Origin: Trichoplax sp. H2
Taxonomy: Eukaryota
DNA length: 64,000 nt
Assembly: GCA_003344405.1 (NCBI GenBank)
Contig: NOWV01000003.1
Span: 620,001-684,000 of the forward strand
Direction of reading: 5' to 3'
Position numbers and translations under genes: made by a program. Of the stretch, positions 1-13,700 are shown piece by piece. The notes beneath the pieces are model-generated. The model saw nothing but the letters and a program-made list of their open reading frames with translations. It had not been told where the DNA came from and made no database searches. How positions within the stretch are numbered: position 1 is the stretch's first letter; every line of letters begins with the position of its first letter.

Positions 1-207
1 CAATAGTGGGACAGCAAGTACTGGAATAATTTTGTTTGCATATAATACAGTAGATTGGTACGTAAACTTTATTATCGACTTCTGAATAATAACTATTTAG
101 CCAATACATTCCTATAGTATAATATTTATTGCATAGAGATTTAAAATAGTTAATAATTATATTATGAAAGTCTATAAATTTACGGAGAAATGAGATTATA
201 TCAACAT

Positions 208-3200
208 TTATTCCATGAGCGATTCTATACGACCTGGCTCTGTATTCTGTGATAGTAGCTTGCCATTAGCAGCAATACATTCTTTTCCACATTTGTATAC
301 ATTTGTGGATGAAATCCTAAGATCTTTATCAATCTTACGACCAATTGAGCAAAGAAACTCAAGGTGCATTTTTCTAACTACTTCGATAAAAACTAATTCA
401 CACGAGCATTCCTGTATGTCTTCTACCATGAAATAGTATTTATTAAATGAACAGGTAACATTCAGAGTATCAGTATTTAGTCGAATGCCTAAAATTAGAG
501 CAGAAAAGCTCAAAGCAGCTATAGAAGTGTAAAGTAACAATACATCATGTCTTACCTCCACTATCACTTTCTTTAAGTAATAAAGATCCACAAGTAATGC
601 AACATTTATTAATTTTATGCTTCTCATTCATTAACGTCTGAGATGTCCTAGATACTGCAGAAGAAAATTACTTACAGGTCGATCATAAATTAACAATTAC
701 CTTCCGATTGTACTAGCTATTAAATGATGTATGATGTGCTCAGTTAGGCTATTGAGATTAATACCCGGTCCAGCAGTCTCAAGAATTAATTCGTTTTCGG
801 AATCAGAAAATTGCTCAATGTTAACATTTTCAGATTCCGGTGTCATAGTACCAGTGCTAGAACTATTACATGAAAACAGCGATGAAGATCCTGAAGCTTG
901 ACTAGATATGTCATTGGCAGGTGCCAAACACAATTCTTTATTATTAATACTGATATTTGCGCCAACGTGGAAACTACTATCGATTACATTTATGACATTG
1001 TCATCGTCGTTTATAATCTTATCAGTCGTTATCATGGTCTGAGAGTGATACTTTTCGGAATTGGGGCTTGAAAGCAAGTGAATATCATCATCTTGTCTAG
1101 ATTTGCATGTGTTACTACATATAGTTTCTAGCGAATAATGAAGTAGAATAACCTTAAATCCTCAATCCGCGAACGTACGCGAGAAATAAACGCACGTGTT
1201 AGATCAAAATTAAGTTCATACCGGCGACCAGCTTCCTAGCAGAGACAAATCCTGTACATAAATTTAAATTTGGCTTGCTTACGGGAGAGCTTAAGTCTAC
1301 CATTAAGGGGCTTTTGGTGCACTCAGGAGAAGTTAGTATTGACATTTTCTTTTCAGGTGTAAGGTATTTCGAGACTGATTCTTGAGTACTGATAAAGTAA
1401 GCGTAACGCCAATAAGTTATATTTATGGCTTTACTAATATATATATAGACGAATAAAACCTTAACTACAACAAACTTAGATGATAAAGGAGTTTCGCAAC
1501 TATCAATCCTCCCAGAAACAAATGACGATAAAGTTGCTAAAGTATCCGAAGCAAGACTGAAATGTTGGACTCTCTGCCGCACCCACTTGGCTAATCCTAA
1601 AATGAAATGCAAAATTTATATCAAGAGTTACTTGAAGAAATGTATATTGCCATTAAGTGTTCGAGACAGATACTACTGTATACCAGCGGTATATTTTGTT
1701 GATTTTCCAAAGCGGTCATCCAACAATAACAATGCTCCCCAATCGTTCCTATCCACAAAAAGTTATGTAGAAAGATGAGAACTGGGTAACTAGCAAAAGG
1801 CTTGATAATAATCTTACCGATTTCTTATACAACGACCTAACGCCTAAAAAAGACGTAATAATGAGTTCAACAAGATAAAAACTAGCTCGAGCATGAGGAC
1901 TTCAAGCTTACCTGATTAAGAGCTCGATATGCTTGAATTTCATACCATTCCTTACCAGTTAATAAATTTCTTTGCGCACTGAACTTGTCATTATATTTTT
2001 TTTTTAATTCAATTTTCAAGTCTTTGATATTGGGATATGGAATCCCGACTGTTATTACTGCTCTAGCGTTATCATCAGCAAAATCTAATCCTTCGCTAAC
2101 TTTTCCTCTACAGACAGCTAAAAACAGTCCTCCGGATGGACCAGACATCATATTTAAAGCAGCTGCGGATTAAAAACTAATAAGTCACAGAGGAAGAAGA
2201 TTCACTGAATATGCGTATCATGGTTTGAAAAATGTAAACTCACCATTTGAATTACTAACTGAACCGTAAAATTTTTGTAAGAGATCGTCAAAATCTAATG
2301 TGATTAAACATTCTCGGATTACTTTGTCGTACTAAGTAAGTAAAATTTGCACGCTCTTTAAATTTACAAGACATAAATAATACCTGATTTGTTACCGCCT
2401 CTAGGCTCAGCAATTACTATTTTTACGGCATTTAATGAATTCCAAGTATCCGTATTCTGAAATTTACGCTAAAGTTACTAAATAGACATTATTAAAGAAA
2501 ATATTGTAGACTAACCTGCCATCTCTTAACCACTTTGTCCAACAAGTTGTATGAGGGAAAAAAGCATAGTATCCCACCTGGAATAATCTGTTAGGAGGGA
2601 CGTAACTATTAGGCTGTAATCTAACAGTTTCAAAATCGAAATTCTCAATACCCTGCACGCTTCCAAAATGATATTGCCGAGTTCATCTTGAAATGCAAAT
2701 GTCTAACAGATAAGTTCAAATAACAATGAATGCTACCTGATAGTGCATCTTATTTCAATTTAAGTAATTAACTCTATTGATTGTTCAAAGTACGTTAGAG
2801 TGTAGCGTTACCTCTGCTGATCTGTACGAGGCATTTAGGGATACACCATTAATTCCCTCCGACAATGTAGCCACTAAAGCTTGAGAATAATTTATTATAT
2901 GTGCAGCTTCCAGACGAATCGAAAAAGCTAGGCCAAGTTCGCTCGAGAACGAATTCATCGGTGATAAAGTGCCAGAAGTTAATATAACGGAATGAGCAGC
3001 AGGTCCAATGTCGTCGAATGCCTGGACAATAGAAGTGCAATCAATTCATTGATATACGAGTACATATGCAAATCATCGCTGAGAATGCGCAAAGATGGAA
3101 TGGTCGCAATAATGAATTTAGAAATTTAAATTCTCATCACATACTACGGCTGGATTCATACACCAGAAGTTCAGGGAATATGTCCACTGTTTCCTCGTCT

Positions 3201-6200
3201 CTAAAGCAGACGTAGCAAGTTTCAGCTTAAGGAAGGGTAACAAAAGTTTAAATCACAGGAAATTCAGCAAAGTTTCATAACTTACGGCCAGTCCGCCATC
3301 TCCTTCTCCCTTGAGTCTGTAGGCGTAGGCATAAAAATAATGTGATACTGCAAGTTACTATGAAATAATATATAAACTAAATTATACACTAACCGCTTCT
3401 ACAGGAATATTTACGACGCTTTTAACGAGGGTGATTCTGTAAAAAATGATCATGTAACCGAAGATCAGTGATTGAATAATTTGCAGCATCTATAGTATCA
3501 AAACAAAATCATTGATAGTGACTAACTTGTAATCCGTACAGTATTTTTTGTCGGTCCGTAAAAGATATCCAAAGACAAGCATCATACCCTTTAAATAGAG
3601 AAGAGTCTTTCCAGAAGCCGCCAGGACAACGCCTGTTTCAATTCTTAAAATAGGTATATGCATTACTGTGAGCTTATAAAGGTAACAGATGTCTTGAACA
3701 ATTCTTAAGTATTCTCAAATGTAATAGATTGCCAAGCTTACTTTTTAGAATACTCAGCGTGTTCATATTCAGCAATCTTATTAACGTGATGCTAAATGAT
3801 AAATAGCACAAAACATTTAAATTTTATTAAAAGTTTTTATGGTATCATCATTATCCCAACATTTAATCCTTTATTATATCTATATACTTGTATGGTTGGG
3901 TATGTTTCAACAGATATATCCATACGTTCAAATATAGCCAAAATCTCGATCGCAGACCAAACTTTTGATGCTTGTTCAAACCCGGTATTTTTTAGAGAAT
4001 GCGATTCATCATTTATCCATAACCATAACTTGTGACACTATGAAATCAATATGAATCTAACTGTTTGTAACTTAATATTTTTATAACTATAGAATAGAAA
4101 ATCGAATACAGTTTATACCATTGCGTGTATAGGTCCATGGTGACCCGTAAGTATATCCCGTTCGACTAGAAATGTAACAAAATTAACAACATTAGGGCCC
4201 CTGTCATTTTGTATCTGTAAATGGTAGTTTGCTTTCCCTATTTCCGTATCTTACTTAAAAAATTTAAATCATCAATCATCTCTTTGAGAGTTAATGCCGT
4301 AATTTCAAAGCTAGTAGCCTCTCTTGCACTATCTTCAATATTATGAGCTTCATCCAATATTACAATTTGATTTCTTAGTGTTATATCCATCTAATTAAAT
4401 TAGAGTATATTATACAGTTATCTATACCGATATTCAATCATTTGATGTGAAATAATACTAGACAATACGTATATTACTAGATCCCGAATCGAAGATTCAA
4501 TTAAGTAATTATATGGACAAAATATAATTTCTGATTGATCTATTAAGCCCCGTGCAGCGTAATAAGGACAAGCCTAAAATAAAAAATACATGATTGTACT
4601 GTTTCGGATTACAAATATGCCAGCATACATACTTGTCTAAAATCAGATAAACATATCTTTATTCATAAGATATAAATAACGTGTTACCTTTGACTTGTTG
4701 CATACTTGCACAAACTCTTCTATATCCCAAGCGGAATTAATACCTCTAGCTTCCAGTGCTTGATGGCTTTTGAGTCTGGGTACGTTATGGTGGTAAACAC
4801 AAGATCCTACCTGGAAGTAAACCATATTATTCAAAAAAGTGTTGCTGATACTAAATTAAATATAGGACGTTTAAAGTCATGGCTTGAATTAAAAATTTCT
4901 TAAATACCTCAATAGCTAAACGGCAATCGTCATTTTTTGATGAAGATTTGGATATCTTCGGATGGATGCAAGTAAAATCACGACTTGATAATATTGTCAT
5001 TCTATTTTTAACGAAATGTTTTTTCATTACAGTCAATATTGCAAAGTATCAACACCAAAACACATTATACTAGTCCTAACTTGACATTTCTGTATGCCGT
5101 TTTCTTAAGCTCTCTGATAATTTGAGCTATTTGCTTATGTGTTCTTGTGCCAAAGAAAATCTTTGGAACACTGCGTAACAATACGAGGACGTTACCAGCA
5201 AAGTCACAACGTTTAAAAGTTATTAAAATGAAATGAAATATGTCCTCTCATAACTACTGTATTCTACACTATATCTCGACCATGTACCTAGGCGTGTAAC
5301 TTTTCGGAATTGATTTCTTCGAGCTCGATGTGATTTCCGTGGCAGTAGAAGCCTCCACTTGTGATTGCGCTTTGTCATCGAGCAAATTCTGGCTACAAGT
5401 TGGAACACGCTCGAATACTGACGTGATAGCTTGAGTCGATGGATCTTTATTGCTATTCTTCTTAGCTTTTCTCCCCTTCTAATTTTCAAATTGTATTACA
5501 CAAAAAAATCATGTCAAAAAGCACTCAATAAGCTTTGGCTTAATGAAATATATACTATCAATATACCTTAATATCATAGTAATTAATCTGAAACTTAAGC
5601 ATTAGGAGTATGCTTAGAATGCACAGAGGTACATCGACCTACCCTAGAATCAGTCGGTGGGCGAAATCTTTTCTTATCAGGCATAAAATCGTCTTCATCG
5701 TCGATATCACGAGTCAGATCTAATTGAATGTGCTTTTGCACTAATATATATTTTAGTAATATTGAGTTGGTGATATATATCTGTATATATGTATACTTGT
5801 GTACCGTATTTAATAATTTTCAATGGTCAATTAATCTAAATCTAACAATCCTAAAACTATTAATGTACGTACCTCCACTAAAGTTTTCAATACCATGACC
5901 AATCTTATCAGAAATACAAGTACTCGATGTTTTCCTTTCTTTACTTTTAGATAAATCTTTATTTTCCAGTTCAGCAGTATTTGACGTAGTATTAGATTCA
6001 GTATTGCAAGAGGTGACTAGGGATGTGATTTCTTTGTGTAGTGTGAAGGAAAGATGTAAAATAACATGAAAGACATCAAAACGGTGGTCAAGAGAATTGT
6101 GATAGTACAGCACAATAGCCTCTGATACACCGTGAAGAATAAATGCAAAGCTAACGAACTTCTTAAATTACATATATTACCAACTGTTAAATAGGCAATT

Positions 6201-7262
6201 AATGCTATATACTCTATATATATCGATAATCAATAGTTAAACGTATAAAATTAGACTAATCATAGTAAATCCAACAACGATTTGCAGACCTTTAGAATCA
6301 TAACTGTACTGAGTTACATAAAGCAAATATCTTGAAATAATTGCCTTTACCTTCTGTAGTGCTAGCATCGAAGGCCTTTAATTCTTCTTTCTCTTCAAGC
6401 ATTTCTAGTAGGTATTCCTGACGACACTTTTCTGAAAAAGCATAAGATGATATAACTTAATAAATATGCGGATATTATTTTTCCTAAATCAGGTTAAAAT
6501 AGTCAGGAACTAAAAATTTATGATTATATCTACGTAATTATAGACCATATTCATGGGCCTGCCATGCCAAAGCAGAGCATAGTAAAGCTAAGCTTTTACC
6601 ACTGCCAGTAGGGCTTTCCAGCAAACAATGTTTTCTCTGCTGCAATCCTTGGATTATCTGTAAGAATTTATACAAAATACAATATTCATAAAGTTTCTGG
6701 ATTACCCTCATTAACTAAACTAATATCTCATCACCTAGTGTAGTATATTAATGCAATTATATCATGTATAATTTCACTTTCTACGGTAATTATAAAGTTA
6801 TTACAGTGTAAATTATGAATTTATTTATAGGAAATTTAGTGATCTACATAAGTGTAAGTTGCTCATTTCGCACAGATGGTACATTTTGCATTCGTATACG
6901 GTATGTATTTATCATCCACAATAATTAATCAACGGTACATAATTATAAGCTAACAGCAAAGGCCTCGTAAGTAATTACCACTGTTCATCTGCCATTAGAA
7001 AGTTATATAGCACAATGTAGCCAATCAAATTTGATGCAAAGTTTCACATCCAGATATTTAAATTACTACTTACACTGTACTGTACTGCAATTCAATTATT
7101 AACTTTAACAATTTTTATTTTTTTATCACTTACCTTTGACATCATGGAGAGTTGTGAAGGATATGCTTTGTACGGAAATTCTACCTGTACTCCGCTAATG
7201 GTGTAAGATCGATTATTATCGATATTAGTGACGGATGTTTTGACATCGTTTAAATTGTTCAT
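208..7262 (-). CDS. BRIP1: Fanconi anemia group J helicase (FANCJ/BRIP1), XPD-family Fe-S DEAH helicase; about 30 exons; 3' end uncertain (stop at 208-210, or splicing onward past the window start)
   Basis: Exon 1 (7134-7262): [43 protein letters not shown] (Q motif). Exon 2 (6546-6657): [33 protein letters not shown] (Walker A). Further motifs: NLS-like [14 protein letters not shown] (~5660-5700); [17 protein letters not shown] (~5115-5170); Fe-S region [42 protein letters not shown] (4480-5000); [13 protein letters not shown] (~4330-4370); [11 protein letters not shown] (~2955-2990); [10 protein letters not shown] (~2550-2580); [64 protein letters not shown] (1684-2150); LAKWVRQ. These match FANCJ rather than RTEL1, DDX11 or XPD. 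Phase-compatible tail exons: 1222-1389, 765-1127, 556-654, 208-422. Confidence 0.95.
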
Positions 7263-7559
7263 ATCGAAATTGTCGAAATTTTACTTAATGATCAGTGCCT
7301 AATTAACACATCGAAACGTTTTATAAGTCAAATGCAACCATCAAATCCTACAGTAACTCCCATGCATATATATTGTAATGTACAGTCTACAACCGCCCTT
7401 CTGCTGTACAGTACAGTAAAGAATTTAATTTAAATCAAATTAAATTCACTTTTCAGGGAACTTCAGCGCCGAGATAGCTGAGAAAGAAAGTGAAGTTGCA
7501 AACACGCCTGTTGGGCAGTGTTCACATTCCAAGTCTCTATGTTACAGTCCATGCAAGAG

Positions 7560-7735
7560 TCTGCACTGTACTGTACAGTACATACTGTACATGTACTGTA
7601 CCGCAATGCAATGGCGGGAGTCCATTCAAATTTAAATTAAATAACTTTTAAAAAAGTACAGTACTGTATACAGTACACTAAGTACAGTACAGTACAGTAC
7701 AGTGTACTATATAATACAAAGTACTGTACCGTATA
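7560..7735. repeat. (ACTGT/ACAGT)n pentamer cluster in the FANCJ promoter
   Basis: actgtactgtacagtacatactgtacatgtactgtac at ~7565-7601; perfect (AGTAC)4 at 7681-7700; gtacagtactgtatacagtac at ~7656-7676. Confidence 0.8.
7613..7636. promoter_or_regulatory. Candidate E2F/CDE site (GGCGGGA) with adjacent CHR-like elements (TTCAAA = reverse TTTGAA; TTTAAA) about 350 bp upstream of the FANCJ ATG
   Basis: Sequence atGGCGGGAgtccaTTCAAATTTAAA. A GC-rich E2F-type core is rare in this AT-rich DNA, and it lies in the promoter of an S-phase repair gene. Confidence 0.45.
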
Positions 7736-10700
7736 GCAATTACTGTGAATTCGAGTGGCAAAACTACAATAACTGGTATTACGACATGACTTATAAAACG
7801 GTTGGAGCGACCGTACATATAACAGCGACTTATAGTTTGTATAAGAAACTTTAAAGAAATTTAATTAATCAATACTGCGATAAAAGGTAATAAAAACATC
7901 AAGAGCCAATTGCTCAAGGTTGTAGTGATCTGTCTGTGTGGAATTGGAGCCAAATTTAAAGTACATTTCTTCAAAATTTAAAGACATACTTTAAGGCAAC
8001 ACATATAGCTGAATATCTCTCAACCATTTTAGCTTTCTCACCACGCCCTTATAATAGTGGTCCAAATATTCATGGTGGATACTAGACAGTGGACACTCCC
8101 AGGGACTACTAAAAAGAAAGAGATGAGACGGGACAGGAAACTACCACGGTGTAAAAATAATGTAGAGGTTATTATTTTTTCGGTCATTCTACTATATGCT
8201 ACCGATGAAACTAGCGTTGTTGATAATATAATGTTTAATAACTGAGCTGGCTAATAGCAGCTAATTTGGACGTCAGTCGTAGACAGTATAGTGTATCGTT
8301 ACAGACGTGCGATACAGTTGAAATGACCAGTAAAACAATCAGCCTCAACATTATTTGCATAGCGAACAACCGTTTCCTGTAATGTCTCTTACTTTTAGAA
8401 GTCCCTGACACTCCCCGTACTAACAATACAGTATATAATGTTTTATTACATTCCTACAGTATACGCAGCGTATATTATTACTATTTTTATATAAAAAAGG
8501 ATGCAAGTTACGAGAAAATATAGTAAAGTTCTAAATATAAATTACAATTTGATGATTCCTGATGAAAACTTTCATATAAATCCTTTTCGTGTAGTAAGTA
8601 CTTAATTCAGTATAGTAAATCTTAGCATATATCGCACAGTACAGAATAGTACATTTGAGCAAAATGAATTCATATCCGCGCACAGCCTTTCTTTGATTAC
8701 GTAAATAAATTATAACTCTTATATTTGTACTTTATCTGCAGTGTCAAGTAAATCTGTGATTGCTATTGAAGATATTGTGAAGTACTGTTTGTTTCTCAAG
8801 GAACAAAGAAACTGAAAATTACTTATAACTCAATCATTGACAGGTTCTTTGCCAGTCAAATCTACTTTGATTCCAACTATTTTTAAAGACTTTAAATTGT
8901 TGTCACGAGAGTATCAGCATATAGAAAATTAGAAAAACAGAAGAAATAAATACAGTAGTAACTGTACAATGTGTATCTAATAAAATCTAAATTTTTTAAA
9001 TCACACCTTTTGGATAGCCATTAATAATTATAATTATATATAACATATATATATATATAATTAATTGATATCCGTTACTGTATTTTAATAACTACACTTC
9101 GCTTGAAATCACTTTAACCATCTTCCTGGGCTCTATAGACCGCCTCTGTACTACGTAGTCCATCGCCAACGAGTATACGTACTATATACTCGTATTCATT
9201 TTTACAATCAGTTGACAATGCATATACTGTATCAATAATTGTCATTTCTACTCGGCATCTATTAATCATTAATTTTAATTAAAAAGAGAAAAGAATTAGG
9301 CTAAACTGAGATGCTGATCTCTACATATTAACTGGTGATAATTTAAAAACCATACTTTTTAACTTTCAACCAAGAAGTAAAATTCAGTACGCTAATAATA
9401 ATAATCAAATACTCAAAGGTCATTAGTTGTCCACAAAAAAGGTAAAAAAGTTATTAAATTATATTTAAAATGGCCAATATAAAAAGGGAGGAAGCTTTCA
9501 AAAGTCTTATTGCTTCAAAGCATCCCTTGTGTCTCTTTATCTGTCGATTCTATATAGAGATACCGTTATGTTCTCTCGGGCGACGCTAGGTCGATCACGC
9601 AATACTAGACATTACAAGTCTATCATACATAAGAGATGCCGTGTAAAGTACAGGCATACTATCTGATATCGCATATTTAGCTCGGTATTGCTTCTAATTA
9701 ATTTAATATAGCGAACGTGATCCACTAAGACATGATTAAAGGAACCCGTTGACTATGCCTAATCACCAAATAAAGATAGCTTTGACGACACAATAGACTA
9801 ATACCGGACATATTATGATTAATTTACCATAGAAAATTTATTATTTAAAATCCAAAATTTTCAATAATCACATCTATTCAAGAATTGCGAAGAGAAATTT
9901 AATCAATTACTATAAAGAATGACTACATTGAGTAAAGTAAATAGAGGTGCAGTCACTCGAAACAGAGTAAAATGTTCGGAATCTATTTCATCCAATTCTG
10001 TAAATACAAAAGGGCATATTCTGCTGGAAAATTGATTTTAACACTTTAATACCTGTCGAACCCCTAACAAAAGTAAATGATTACACTTTAAACCAGTGGT
10101 CTTGTTAAACTTGGCCGTAGAACAGGATTTAATGTCTGCGATTGTAAATATAGTAGTGTAATACGTTTTTTGCGGACAGAAACGAGTACAAATTTTTCAT
10201 TTTTAGGATTTATCTGCATTAGATATGACATCTTAAAGCTAGCTATAAATAACGCCATTATTTGACATTAGCACAAAGAACGCCCCTCTGTTAGTGTAAT
10301 AATACTTTTAAAAACTAGCCGTAGTGAATACTATCGTTCATTTTAAATAATAAATAACAACTTCATTATTTCCTGTTCGTAAAACAATCATTTTCATATA
10401 ATTGTCAGAGTAAGGATATTACGCCTTTCTCAAGTATTTTTCTGAAATTATAATGACAAACAATAGATGGAAAGAGCATACACCAAACGCTCAAGCATAA
10501 AGGTGGCTTATTTGCCTGCTTCTATGGCATCGTAGTATCAGATCGTAGCGTACAATAGCCAAGTTACGATATTGTACTCTCTTAACAGTGAGAATTTTAA
10601 TTTGTACTAACCTATGCATGTAGATTGTAAATAAATTTATTAAAGAATAATACCAAAATAATTTATGAGTATATTCAAAAAGCATGGGTTGGCTTGAAAC

Positions 10701-13700
10701 AAGGAAATCTTTATGTTTTAGAAGCTACAGTTCGATTCAGAAATATTAGTTCACTTAATTAGAAGCTGCAGCTCTTCATCTATAGAAAATATTTTCGTAG
10801 TATTAGCCAATTTTGATTAGCGTAGGTAATAGTGATTACGATACGACCATTTCTTAAAGGGGTTATCTATCGCTGTAGATCGTATTATAATTTTAGAGTA
10901 GCAAAATGTATCAGTGGTTGTTAAGCAATAGTTTCGATTGTAATACATCTTCTTCATGTTCGTGTTATGAACTCCACTAAAATTTCCTATTAAGCAATAG
11001 GGGTTGAGTTGTCTTAGTAAAATTAGGGTGATACTGTACCTTTACTTCAAATTAGTATACAAAATTAACATCATCATGCCTTCACAAATTACAAACTTTG
11101 CTCAGCTATGCTCTATGTAAAACAGAAAACTATATGAAATTCAGTGCATTATATATAGATTAATTGTGGATTGATGATTATATCATATCAATATTGGCTA
11201 AATGATATTAGCCTTGTACGTAATTTGAAGTTACTATTGATAACACCAAAGAGATAACACAAATACATTAAGTTTGATAATAAGTAGGAATGGTTAATAA
11301 CGTGAATAAGTAAAAGTTGAAACAATAATTTGAATATCTTCAGTAATTCTTTAGGATATTGAAGGACTAAGTAATTATTTAATTATTATAACAAAAATAA
11401 TTGACAATCAAAAAATAGTATTGTCCTTAAATAGATAGAATATCGCTAAAATAACGCTAATTGAAAGTCAAAAAGCGCCTTCAGTGAAACAAGTAGACTA
11501 CGGCAAGTGACGTTACTAGATAATCTGTCGCCATACGCATTTAATTAAATATTTGAATAGCCCTGATGCATTCAAATTGCGTTAGGGCACAGTGACACTA
11601 TATCTTAAATTATCACTAAATAATCTAATAAGATAAACCGTTTTAGTATATCTAAAAAAATCTGTCATTGCAGACTTAACAACTTTAAATAGAGAGGTTA
11701 TAGCCCATGAATAAAAATATTTACATATCATTACAGAGAATGAGGCAGACTTAATAAATAGCGGCTACATGCCATTCAAATGAAGAGGTTGTACTGAATA
11801 AGATAATTGCACAGCGATGCAGCAAGTATAGATGATGGCCATCTCACGAAAGTTAGCTAGAGATAAATGATCCCATTCTAAACACGTACAACAAAAATTT
11901 GAAAATCGCTATTTAATTTACTCAGTATTAGTAAAATGAGTGAAAAATTATGTATAACAGAGCTGATAAATTTGTAAAATTACGATTTATTCAGGCTTTT
12001 GCAGCCTGTAGATTTATGAACATACTATAAACATGTAATCATGATGTTTACAGTAATGAAGAAAGACCAGGTGAAATCGCGTATTTCAGTAATGATAGTT
12101 CAATCTAATGTATAGTATATCAGCTACTGTGCAAATTTACATCAAGATAAATTACGCAATTTAAGCAATTATATATAATTATAAATGATAATGTTCCCTC
12201 TCCCAATAATGAAGTCTTCATTAAAATCTAGATGAAGAGTATAACTATCACTGGCGCTACATAGTATCAAACTATCAACACGTTATATAAATATAAAATT
12301 TCATTACGACTACTCTTGCTAATTCTAATACATGTCGTAGTTAGCCTGCACTTGTTTTACTGGTCATATGTACCTTAAACAAGAATAATGCTGCCTCGTA
12401 TATTTAGTGGAAGGTTATGGGTAGAACTTATGATCACATCCTCTATTTCAAAAATGTCAATCACGAACCATTATTACCACAATGATACTAACCCAATTAA
12501 TATACAGTATTAATGCTAAACTTTAACAGTCTATCATTTTCTTGCCTTAAATACAATTAAACTTTATGCAATATACAGCCATGCTAAATAGAAGCTATCT
12601 ATAAAGTACCTAGAATCACTAAAAAAATTGCCTTTAATAGCATAAATAGAATAGCTTATTTTCTTTTTCTATTACAATACTGTCAAAGAGAATCTTTTTT
12701 GGTATATTATAAATAATAATTGAATAAATCAATTAATCAGACAGATCTGGAACAGATGATAATACAATCATAAGTATAGTCTATAGAGCAAGCTTGTTAG
12801 AAAATTTTCAATGCTGTGTAGACATTGCTTTGCATCTAATTTGATATCAATTGGCTATATAGCTCTGATCTCTAGAGTTCATCTAAAGTCTGGGGCTTTC
12901 AAAATTAAGACTTCCTTTTCTCTATCATATAAATGAAAATTATAGCAATACTTGTCCATCCTACTATCATCATAGAACATTTTAACAATTGAAGTTGCTA
13001 TTATATGATAATTATCTTACTTAACACTGATTAATTTATTTAAATCATACCCGAAACTTATGCGACCTGCTTAGGTATGAAAGACTAGAGATGATAAAAT
13101 TTTTATCTTTTTTAATAAATTTTGATCACGAAGAAATATTGTAAACTATTGTACTGTAGTTCTAGAATGAGGACTTCCAAATCATTAAGGCTTTATACAT
13201 CTTTTAATTAATAAATCTAAAATTTTATCGGACACCTGCAAGTCTGTTACTGCCTTAGCTTAAATTAAAATCTAATCTATTTCGGTACTATAACGTACAA
13301 TTATACTTCATACCATAATGATCATATATTTATGAATGTCTGTGCACATAAACATGGTTAAACTATCAATGTGTGCCAATTTTATTGTCATGATTAGCAA
13401 AATAATTAAGAACGTAAGAATGAAATACATAAGCTTTGGCACCCGTTGTCCTCCGTGGTGCATGAACTGCTCTTATACAGCAGTACGATGGATGCAAGTC
13501 CAAACACAGCTCATTTCCTATTCCAAAATATCAGTTTTACTTATTTATTGTAGCGTACACTAAATAAATTTTATTCACTCCACTATATTGTGCAAAGTAT
13601 GGATACTTTTAGTTATCATCTATTGCATACGAGTACAGTACAGGATCAGTCTGTATCTAATTTTCTTATTATCATACTGTAAAAGTCCTTACACTTAGTA

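Noticed and set aside
1882..2151. RTEL1, DDX11 or XPD identity for the helicase
   Set aside because: [36 protein letters not shown] and L.KWVRQ are FANCJ-type.
1587..4903. Plus-strand ORFs inside FANCJ (1587, 1985, 3796, 4706)
   Set aside because: Antisense shadows of minus-strand exons with no recognisable homology.
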